Below, piece by piece: positions 54,401 through 64,000 of a stretch of DNA of 64,000 nt. The position numbers and the translations under genes were made by a program. This DNA is from the human T2T-CHM13v2.0 reference genome, Homo sapiens, in assembly GCA_009914755.4 (NCBI GenBank), contig CP086569.2, forward strand, positions 11,904,001 through 11,968,000, given 5' to 3'. Numbering within the stretch: position 1 is the first letter of the stretch; every line of letters starts with the position of its first letter. The notes beneath the pieces were generated by a model that was given only the letters and a program-made list of their open reading frames with translations, did no database searches and was not told where the DNA came from.

Positions 54401-57004
54401 GAATGGAATGGACTGGAATGGAATGGAATGACATGTAATGGAATCGAAAGGAATGGAATAGAATGAAATGGAATTGAATGGAATAGAAAGGAATAGAAAG
54501 GAATGGAGTTTAATGGAAAGATATTAAAAGTAATGGAATGGAATTGAGTGGACACGAATGGAATGGACTGGAATGGAAATGACTCGACTGAAATGGACCG
54601 CATTAGAATGGACTCGAATGGAACGGATTGGTGTGGAATGGTCTCGAATGGATGGGAAACGAATGGAATGGAAAAGAATAGAATGGAATGTAATCAAATG
54701 GAACGAAATGGAATGGAATGGATTCGACTGGAACAGAATTGAATGGAGTGGAATTGAATACAATGGAATGCAATCGAATGGAATGGACACGAATGGAATA
54801 GAATGAAATGAAATGGCATAGAATGGAATGGAATGGAATGGAATGGAATGGCATGGAATGGAATGGAATGGAATGGAATGGAATGGAATGAAATGGATTG
54901 GAATGGGATGGGCCCAAAAGTAATGGACTAAAATAAAAGGGACTCAAATAGAATGAATTGTAAAGAAACGATCTCGAATGTAATTTATTCGAATCGAATG
55001 ATATTGAATGGAATGCAATAGTATGGAATGGTATCGAATAGAATGGAATGGAATGGAACGGAATGGAGTGCATTTGAACGGACTCAAATGCAATAAATGG
55101 CAATATAATTGATTCAAATGGAATGGAATCGAATAGAATGTAAACAAATGGAATGGAAGGCAATGCAATGGAAAGGAATCGAATGAAATGGAATAAATGG
55201 GATGGAATCGAATGGAAAGGACGCGAATATAATGGACTGTTAAGGAAAGGTCTCGAATCGAATTTATTCCAATAGAATGGAATCGAATGGAATGCAATAC
55301 TATTGAATCAAATCGAATGGAATGGAATTGAATGGAATGGACAGGAATGGAATGAACTGGAAGTGAATGGACAAGAACATAATATATTGCAATGTAATTT
55401 ATTCAAATGGAATGGAATGCAATAGAATGGAATGGACGCGATTGCAATGGACTGGAGTGGAATGGACTGCAATGGAATTTAAACGAATATAATGGAATGG
55501 AACGGAAAGCAAAGGAATCTACCGGAATGGAATCGAACGGAACAGAAAGGAAAGGAATGGAATGGAGTGGAATGGACTCGAATGGAATGTATTCGAATGT
55601 AATGGACCGGAAAGGAATGGAATCCAAAGGAATGGAATTGAATGGAATCAAAAGGAATAGAAAGGAATAGAGTGTAATTGAATGATATCGAATGGAAGGG
55701 AATGGAATGAAGTCGAATGGAATGCACTGGAATGGAATGGACTCAATCAGAACGGACTGGAGAGGAATGTACACAAATGGAATGGAAACGAATGGAATGG
55801 AATGAAATGGAATGGAATGCAATGGAATTGAAAGGAACGGAATCAAAAGGAATGGAATGGAATGGATTGGAATAGAATGGATTCAAATAAAATAGAATCG
55901 ATTGGAATGGTATTGAATGGAAGGGACTTGAATGGAATGGAAAGCAATGGAAGATATTGGAATCGAATGGCATCGAAAGAAATGGAATGGAACGGAATGG
56001 AACGGACCCGAATGGAATGGAATGGACTCAAATGTAATGGACTCGAATGGAATCGAATGAAATATAATAGACTCGAAAGGAATGGCCTCGAGCGGGAATT
56101 ATTTGAATAGAATGGAATTAAATGGAATGCAATAGTATGGAATGGAATCGAATGGAATGGAATCGAATGGAATGTAATCAAATGGAATGGAACGGAATTC
56201 AATATAATGGAGTAGAATGGAATGCATTGGAAAGGAGCAGAGTGGAATCTAGTGGATTGGAATCGAGTGGAATGGAATCACAGGGAACGAAATCGAATTG
56301 AATGGACTTGAATGGAATTGAGTCGAAAGGAATTGACTCGAAAGGAATGGACTGCAACAAAAAGGAATCAAATGGACAGGAATGGAATGGAATGGACTCG
56401 AATGGAATGGAGTCAAATGCAAACGCATCGAATGGAATGGATTCAAATGGAATGCAATTGAATGGAAAAGAAAGGAAGAGAATGGAATTGAGAGTAATGG
56501 AAAGATATCGATTGGAATGAAATGGAATGGAAAGGAATTGAATGGAAAGGAATGGACTCGAAAGAAATGGATTGGAATGGAATGGTCTCCAATGGAATGG
56601 ACTGGAGTGGAATGGAATCGAATGGAATGAAAAGAATGGAACGGAATGCAACGGAAAGGAATAGAATGTTATGGAATCCGATTGGACAGAATGGAATGGA
56701 ATGCAGTTTCATGAAATGGAGTCGAATAGAGTGGCATCAAAAGGAATGGAATGGAGTGGACTCAAGAAGAATGGACTCGAAAGGAATGGAGTCGAACAAA
56801 ATTGAAACAAATGGATTGGAGTCGAACAGAATGGAATGGAATGAACTCGACTGGAGTAGAGAGGAATGAAAAGGAATAGAATGGAATGTAATCAAATGGA
56901 TTGCAAGTGAATGGAATCAAAAATAATAGAAAGGAATGGAGTGTAAAGGGATGATATTGAATTAAATGGAATGGAATGGAATTTAATGGAATGGAGTCGA
57001 AGGA
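51478..57004 (+). repeat. 5.5-kb HOR copy U8 (5527 bp). Divergent copy immediately upstream of the second 1.378-kb array; resembles U2.
   Basis: Marker at 51478 and 57005. Shares 'atcgaatggaatggatcgaaaagaaatagaatggaatggacatgaatgg' and 'gcaatgaaaacg' with U2, against 'atatggaatgg...gacaggaatgg...gcaattaaaacg' in U4-U7. Confidence 0.8.
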
Positions 57005-58366
57005 ATGGACAGGAATGTAATGGATTCCAATGGAATGGAATGGATCAAAATGGATTTGAACAGATTGGAATCAAACGGAATGGAATGCAATGAAATGGAA
57101 TGGACTCGATCAGAACGGACTGGAGAGGAATGTACACAAATGGAATGGAAACGAATGGAATGGAATGAAATGGAATGGAATGCAATGGAATTGAAAGGAA
57201 CGGAATCAAATGGAATGGAATGGATTGGAATAGAATGGATTCAAATAAAATAGAATCGATTGCAATGGTATTGAATGGAAGGGACTTGAATGGAATGGAA
57301 AGCAATGGAAGATATTGGAATCGAATGGCATCGAATGAAATGGAATGGAACGGAATGGAACGGACCCGAATGGATGGAATGGACTCAAATGTAATGGACT
57401 CGAATGGAATCGACTGAAATATAATAGACTCGAAAGGAATGGCCTCGAGCGGAATTTATTTGAATAGAATGGAATCAAATGGAATACAATAGTATGGAAT
57501 GGAATCGAAAGGAATGGAATCGAATGGAATGTAATCAAATGGAATGGAACAGAATTCAATATAATGGAGTAGAATGGAATGCATTGGAAAGGAGCAGAGT
57601 GGAATCGAGTGTATTGGAATCGACTGGAATGGAATCAAAGGGAACAAAATCAAATTGAATTGACTTGAATGGAATTGAGTCGAAAGGAATTGACTCGAAA
57701 GGAATGGACTGGAACAAAAAGGAATCAAATGGACAGGAATGGAATGGAATGGACTCGAATGGAATGGAGTCAAATGAAAACGCATCGAATGGAATGGATT
57801 CAAATGGAATGCAATTGAATGGAACAGAAAGGAAGAGAATGGAATTGAGAGTAATGCAAAGATATCGATTGGAATGAAATGGAATGGAAAGGAATTGAAT
57901 GGAAAGGAAAGGACTCGAAAGAAATGGATTGGAATGGAATGGTCTCCAATGGAATGGACTGGAGTGGAATGGAATCGAATGGAAAGAAAAGAATGGAACG
58001 GAATGGAATGGAAAGGAATAGAATGTTATGGAATCCGATTGGACAGAATGGAATGGAATGCAGTTTCATGAAAAAGAGTCGAATAGAGTGGCATCAATAG
58101 GAATGGAATGGAGTGGACTCAAAAGTAATGGACTCGAAAGGAATCGAGTCGAACCAAATTGAGTCAAATGCATTGGAGTCGAACAGAATGGAATGGAATG
58201 GAATGAACTCGACTGGAGTAGAGAGGAATGAAAAGGAATAGAATGGAATGTAATCAAATGGATTGCAAGTGAATGGAATCAAAAATAATAGAAAGGAATG
58301 GAGTGTAAAGGGATGATATTGAATTAAATGGAATGGAATGGAATTTAATGGAATGGAGTCGAAGGA
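57005..58366 (+). repeat. 1.378-kb subunit copy d1 (1362 bp; two small pentamer-scale deletions).
   Basis: 'caaatggaatggaatggattgg' has 2 GGAAT where other copies have 4. 'cggacccgaatggatggaatggactc' lacks 5 bp. Confidence 0.7.
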
Positions 58367-59744
58367 ATGGACAGGAATGTAATGGACTCCAATGGAATGG
58401 AATGGATCAAAATGGATTTGAACAGATTGGAATCGAACGGAATGGAATGCAATGAAATGGAATGGACTCGATCAGAACAGACTGGAGAGGAATGTACACA
58501 AATGGAATGGAAACGAATGGAATGGAATGAAATGGAAAGGAATGCAATGGAATTGAAAGGAACGGAATCAAATGGAATGGAATGGAATGGAATGGAATGA
58601 ATTGGAATAGAATGGATTCAAATAAAATAGAATCGATTGCAATGGTATTGAATGGAAGGGTCTTGAATGGAATGGAAAGCAATGGAAGATATTGGATTCG
58701 AATGGCATCGAATGAAATGGAATGGAACGGAATGGAACGGACCCGAATGGTATGGAATGGACTCAAATGTAATGGACTCGAATGGAATCGACTGAAATAT
58801 AATAGACTCGAAAGGAATGGCCTCGAGCGGAATTTATTTGAATAGAATTGAATCAAATGGAATACAATAGTATGGAATGGAATCGAATGGAATGGAATCG
58901 AATGGAATGTAATCAAATGGAATGGAACGGAATTCAATATAATGGAGTAGAATGGAATGCATTGGAAAGGAGCAGAGTGGAATCGAGTGGATTGGAATCG
59001 AGTGGAATGGAATCAAAGGGAACGAAATCGAATTGAATGGACTTGAATGGAATTGAGTCGAAAGGAATTGACTCAAAAGGAATGGACTGGAACAAAAAGG
59101 AATCAAATGGACAGGAATGGAATGGAATGGACTCGAATGGAATGGAGTCAAATGCAAACGCATCAAATGGAATGGATTCAAATGGAATGCAATTGAATGG
59201 AATAGAAAGGAAGAGAATGGAATTGAGAATAATGGAAAGATATCGATTGGAATGAAATGGAATGGAAAGGAATTGAATGGAAAGGAATGGACTCGAAAGA
59301 AATGGATTGGAATGCAATGGTCTCCAATGGAATGGACTGGAGTGGAATGGAATCGAATGGAATGAAAAGAATGGAACGGAATGGAACGGAAAGGAATAGA
59401 ATGTTATGGAATCCGATTGGACAGAATGGAATGGAATGCAGTTTCATGAAATGGAGTGGAATAGAGTGGCATCAAAAGGAATGGAATGGAGTGGACTCAA
59501 AAGGAATGGACTCGAAAGGAATGGAGTCGAACCAAATTGAATCAAATGGATTGGAGTCGAACAGAATGGAATGGAATGGAATGAACTCGACTGGAGTAGA
59601 GAGGAATGAAAAGGAATAGAATGGAATGTAATCAAATGGATTGCAAGTGAATGGAATCAAAAATAATAGAAAGGAATGGAGTGTAAAGGGATGATATTGA
59701 ATTAAATGGAATGGAATGGAATTTAATGGAATGGAGTCGAAGGA
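58367..59744 (+). repeat. 1.378-kb subunit copy d2.
   Basis: Marker positions 58367 and 59745. Private variants 'gggtcttgaatgg', 'ggattcgaatggcatcg'. Confidence 0.7.
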
Positions 59745-61116
59745 ATGGACAGGAATGTAATGGACTCCAATGGAATGGAATGGATCAAAATGGATTTGAA
59801 CAGATTGGAATCGAACGGAATGGAATGCAATGAAATGGAATGGACTCGATCAGAACGGACTGGAGAGGAATGTACACAAATGGAATGGAAACGAAAGGAA
59901 TGGAATGAAATGGAATGGAATGCAATGGAATTGAAAGGAACGGAATCAAATGGAATGGAATGGAATGGAATGGATTGGAATAGAATGGATTCAAATAAAA
60001 TAGAATCGATTGCAATGGTATTGAATGGAAGGGACTTGAATGGAATGGAAAGCAATGGAAGATATTGGAATCGAATGGCATCGAATGAAATGGAATGGAA
60101 CGGAATGGAACGGACCCGAATGGAATGGAATGGACTCAAATGTAATGGACTCGAATGGAATCGACTGAAATATAATAGACTCGAAAGGAATGGCCTCTAG
60201 CGGAATTTATTTGAATAGAATGGAATCAAATGGAATACAATCGTATGGAATGGTATCGAATGGAATGGAATCGAATGGAATGTAATCAAATGGAATGAAA
60301 CGGAATTCAACATAATGGAGTAGAATGGAATGCATTGGAAAGGAGCAGAGTGGAATCGAGTGGATTGGAATCGAGTGGAATGGAATCAAAGGGAATGAAA
60401 TCGAATTGAATGGACTTGAATGGAATTGAGTCGAAGGAATTGACTCAAAAGGAATGGACTGGAACAAAAAGGAATCAAATGGACAGGAATGGAATGGAAG
60501 GGACTCGAATGGAATGGAGTCAAATGCAAACGCATCGAATGGAATGGATTCAAATGGAATGCAATTGAATGGAATAGAAAGGAAGAGAATGGAATTGAGA
60601 GTAATGGAAAGATATCGATTGGAATGAAATGGAATGGAAAGGAATTGAATGGAAAGGAATGGACTCGAAAGAAATGGATTGGAATGGAATGGTCTCCAAT
60701 GGAATGGACTGGAGTGGAATGGAATCGAATGGAAAGAAAAGAATGGAACGGAATGGAACGGAAAGGAATAGAATGTTATGGAATCCGATTGGACAGAATG
60801 GAATGGAATGCAGTTTCATGAAATGGAGTCGAATAGAGTGGCATGAAAAGGAATGGAATGGAGTGGACTCAAAAGGAATGGACTCGAAAGGAATGGAGTC
60901 GAACCAAATTGAATCAAATGGATTGGAGTCGAACAGAATGGAATGGAATGGAATGAACTCGACTGGAGTAGAGAGGAATGAAAAGGAATAGAATGGAATG
61001 TAATCAAATGGATTGCAAGTGAATGGAATCAAAAATAATAGAAAGGAATGGAGTGTAAAGGGATGATATTGAATTAAATGGAATGGAATGGAATTTAATG
61101 GAATGGAGTCGAAGGA
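59745..61116 (+). repeat. 1.378-kb subunit copy d3.
   Basis: Marker positions 59745 and 61117. Private variants 'ggcctctagcgg' and 'tcgaaggaattgactcaaaagg'. Confidence 0.7.
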
Positions 61117-62489
61117 ATGGACAGGAATGTAATGAACTCCAATGGAATGGAATGGATCAAAATGGATTTGAACAGATTGGAATCGAACGGAATGGAATGC
61201 AATGAAATGGAATGGACTCGATCAGAACGGACTGGAGAGGAATGTACACAAATGGAATGGAAACGAAAGGAATGGAATGAAATGGAATGGAATGCAATGG
61301 AATTGAAAGGAACGGAATCAAATGGAATGGAATGGAATGGAATGGATTGGAATAGAATGGATTCAAATAAAATAGAATCGATTGCAATGGTATTGAATGG
61401 AAGGGACTTGAATGGAATGGAAAGCAATGGAAGATATTGGAATCGAATGGCATCGAATGAAATGGAATGGAACGGAATGGAACGGACCCGAATGGAATGG
61501 AATGGACTCAAATGTAATGGACTCGAATGGAATCGACTGAAATATAATAGACTCGAAAGGAATGGCCTCGAGCGGAATTTATTTGAATAGAATGGAATAA
61601 AATGGAGTACAATCGTATGGAATGGAATCGATTGGAATGGAATCGAATGGAATGTAATCAAATGGAATGGAACGGAATTCAATATAATGGAGTAGAATGG
61701 AATGCATTGGAAAGGAGCAGAGTGGAATCGAGTGGATTGGAATCGAGTGGAATGGAATCAAAGGGAACGAAATCGAATTGAATGGACTTGAATGGAATTG
61801 AGTCGAAAGGAATTGACTTGAAAGGAATGGACTGGAACAAAAAGGAATCAAATGGAGAGGAATGGAATGGAATGGACTCGAATGGAATGGAGTCAAATGC
61901 AAACGCATCGAATGGAATGGATTCAAATGGAATGCAATTGAATGGAATAGAAAGGAAGAGAATGGAATTGAGAGTAATGGAAAGATATCGATTGGAATGA
62001 AATGGAATGGAAAGGAATTGAATGGAAAGGAATGGACTCGAAAGAAATGGATTGGAATGGAATGGTCTCCAATGGAATGGACTGGAGTGGAATGCAATCG
62101 AATGGAAAGAAAAGAATGGAACGGAATGGAACGGAAAGGAATAGAATGTTATGGAATCCGATTGAACAGAATGGAATGGAATGCAGTTTCATGAAATGGA
62201 GTCGAATATAGTGGCATCAAAAGGAATGGAATGGAATGGACTCAAAAGGAATGGACTCGAAAGGAATGGAGTCGAACCAAATTGAATCAAATGGATTGGA
62301 GTCGAACAGAATGGAATGGAATGGAATGAACTCGACTGGAGTAGAGAGGAATGAAAAGGAATAGAATGGAATGTAATCAAATGGATTGCAAGTGAATGGA
62401 ATCAAAAATAATAGAAAGGAATGGAGTGTAAAGGGATGATATTGAATTAAATGGAATGGAATGGAATTTAATGGAATGGAGTCGAATGA
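61117..62489 (+). repeat. 1.378-kb subunit copy d4.
   Basis: Marker positions 61117 and 62490. Near-identical to d5. Confidence 0.7.
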
Positions 62490-63862
62490 ATGGACAGGAA
62501 TGTAATGGACTCCAATGGAATGGAATGGATCAAAATGGATTTGAACAGATTGGAATCGAACGGAATGGAATGCAATGAAATGGAATGGACTCGATCAGAA
62601 CGGACTGGAGAGGAATGTACACAAATGGAATGAAAACGAAAGGAATGGAATGAAATGGAATGGAATGCAATGGAATTGAAAGGAACGGAATCAAATGGAA
62701 TGGAATGGAATGGAATGGATTGGAATAGAATGGATTCAAATAAAATAGAATCGATTGCAATGGTATTGAATGGAAGGGACTTGAATGGAATGGAAAGCAA
62801 TGGAAGATATTGGAATCGAATGGCATCGAATGAAATTGAATGGAACGGAATGGAACGGACCCGAATGGAATGGAATGGACTCAAATGTAATGGACTCGAT
62901 TGGAATCGACTGAAATATAATAGACTCGAAAGGAATGGCCTCGAGCGGAATTTATTTGAATAGAATGGAATCAAATGGAATACAATAGTATAGAATGGAA
63001 TCGAATGGAATGGAATCGAATGGAATGTAATCAAATGGAATGGAACGGAATTCAATATAATGGAGTAGAATGGAATGCATTGGAAAGGAGCAGAGTGGAA
63101 TCGAGTGGATTGGAATCGAGTGGAATGGAATCAAAGGGAACGAAATCGAATTGAATGGACTTGAATGGAATTGAGTCGAAAGGAATTGACTCGAAAGGAA
63201 TGGACTGGAACAAAAAGGAATCAAATGGAGAGGAATGGAATGGAATGGACTCGAATGGAATGGAGTCAAATGCAAACGCATCGAATGGAATGGATTCAAA
63301 TGGAATGCAATTGAATGGAATAGAAAGGAAGAGAATGGAATTGAGAGTAATGGAAAGATATCGATTGGAATGAAATGGAATGGAAAGGAATTGAATGGAA
63401 AGGAATGGACTCGAAAGAAATGGATTGGAATGGAATGGTCTCCAATGGAATGGACTGGAGTGGAATGCAATCGAATGGAAAGAAAAGAATGGAACGGAAT
63501 GGAATGGAAAGGAACAGAATGTTATGGATTCCGATTGAACAGAATGGAATGGAATGCAGTTTCATGAAATGGAGTCGAATAGAGTGGCATGAAAAGGAAT
63601 GGAATGGAGTGGACTCAAAAGGAATGGACTCGAAAGGAATGGAGTCGAACCAAATTGAATCAAATGGATTGGAGTCGAACAGAATGGAATGGAATGGAAT
63701 GAACTCGACTGGAGTAGAGAGGAATGAAAAGGAATAGAATGGAATGTAATCAAATGGATTGCAAGTGAATGGAATCAAAAATAATAGAAAGGAATGGAGT
63801 GTAAAGGGATGATATTGAATTAAATGGAATGGAATGGAATTTAATGGAATGGAGTCGAAGGA
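62490..63862 (+). repeat. 1.378-kb subunit copy d5.
   Basis: Marker positions 62490 and 63863. Confidence 0.7.
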
Positions 63863-64000
63863 ATGGACAGGAATGTAATGGACTCCAATGGAATGGAATG
63901 GATCAAAATGGATTTGAACAGATTGGAATCGAACGGAATGGAATGCAATGAAATGGAATGGACTCGATCAGAACGGACTGGAGAGGAATGTACACAAATG
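63863..64000 (+). repeat. Partial 1.378-kb subunit copy d6, truncated by the window end.
   Basis: Begins with the marker ATGGACAGGAATGTAATGGACTCCAATGG and continues as the other copies do. Confidence 0.65.

Larger units (their letters stand above)
1..64000 (+). repeat. Pericentromeric pentameric satellite array, (GGAAT)n on + strand. HSat3 / classical satellite III-like (hominoid, most likely human). Continuous, with no interruption by unique sequence or transposons.
   Basis: Seen directly: GGAAT is iterated across the whole window. Diverged sites are of the type GGACTCGAATGG, AATCGAATGG, GGACCCGAGTGG (contains the CCCGAGT motif typical of HSat3). The HSat2 hallmark ATCATCGAATGG is almost absent. 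No ATTCC runs occur on the + strand, so there is no orientation switch. Family assignment follows established knowledge of human classical satellites. Subfamily and chromosome are not determinable here. Confidence 0.93.
57005..64000 (+). repeat. Second tandem array of the ~1.378-kb subunit: 5 full copies (1362, 1378, 1372, 1373, 1373 bp) plus a 138-bp partial copy at the window end.
   Basis: Marker ATGGACAGGAATGTAATGGAC at 57005, 58367, 59745, 61117, 62490, 63863. Copies at 61117 and 62490 are nearly identical (identical 172-aa minus-strand ORFs 61579..62097 and 62952..63470). Confidence 0.85.

Noticed and set aside
1-64000. Tandem-repeat protein (e.g. a WD/'MEWNG' or 'IPFHS' repeat protein) spanning the array.
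   Set aside because: The same 'protein' would be encoded in all frames of both strands. The periodicity is 5 nt (not a multiple of 3), which rotates the frame every repeat. This is the signature of translated satellite, not of a coding repeat.
1-64000. HSat2 or alpha-satellite assignment.
   Set aside because: No 171-bp periodicity or alpha-satellite motifs. The HSat2 hallmark 'ATCATCGAATGGAATC' 23-26-mer is essentially absent, whereas pure GGAAT runs and CCCGAGT-type diverged motifs typical of HSat3 are present.
1-64000. Heat-shock elements (HSF1 sites) formed by the GAA repeats.
   Set aside because: Canonical HSEs need alternating inverted nGAAn/nTTCn units at 5-bp spacing. Here the GAA units are all in the same orientation. 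The few GAATTC occurrences have the wrong spacing. No sequence-level HSE is supportable.
1-64000. A novel defence, metabolic or mobile 'system' as hinted by the task framing.
   Set aside because: There is no coding capacity, no RNA-gene signatures, and no terminal repeats bounding a discrete element. The only supportable novelty is the multi-level HOR organisation of the satellite itself.

Overview
The whole 64-kb window is one uniformly oriented pericentromeric satellite array of the (GGAAT)n pentamer family, the hominoid HSat3 / classical satellite III family. The + strand carries the G-rich GGAAT strand and is almost free of C outside CpG-containing variant positions. I can support no protein-coding gene, tRNA/rRNA/ncRNA gene, transposon insertion, CRISPR array or prokaryote-style system. 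Every ORF in the six-frame track translates the pentamer in frame: GGAAT-strand frames give MEWNG..., ATTCC-strand frames give IPFHS... These ORFs are artefacts.

The array has nested periodicity. The 5-bp pentamer builds a ~1.378-kb unit. A ~5.53-kb higher-order repeat (HOR) is built from roughly four diverged 1.38-kb-like subunits. A ~11.07-kb dimeric super-repeat is visible among the four most homogenized 5.5-kb copies (29348-51477).

Two HOR regimes alternate in register:
- 1-11423: 5.5-kb copies (tail, U1, U2).
- 11424-23790: nine tandem copies of the 1.378-kb subunit.
- 23791-57004: six 5.5-kb copies (U3-U8).
- 57005-64000: 5+ copies of the 1.378-kb subunit.

The 1.378-kb arrays look like in-place amplifications of the terminal subunit of the 5.5-kb HOR. 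Copies differ by CpG-site transitions, GGAAT copy-number slippage and small indels. Sister-copy pairs in non-colinear order indicate gene conversion or unequal exchange. Copies flanking the 1.378-kb arrays (U2, U3, U8) share variants that the central homogenized block U4-U7 lacks.

Chromosome and HSat3 subfamily cannot be assigned from sequence alone. No novel cellular 'system' is present. The interesting content is the multi-level HOR architecture and its variant structure.
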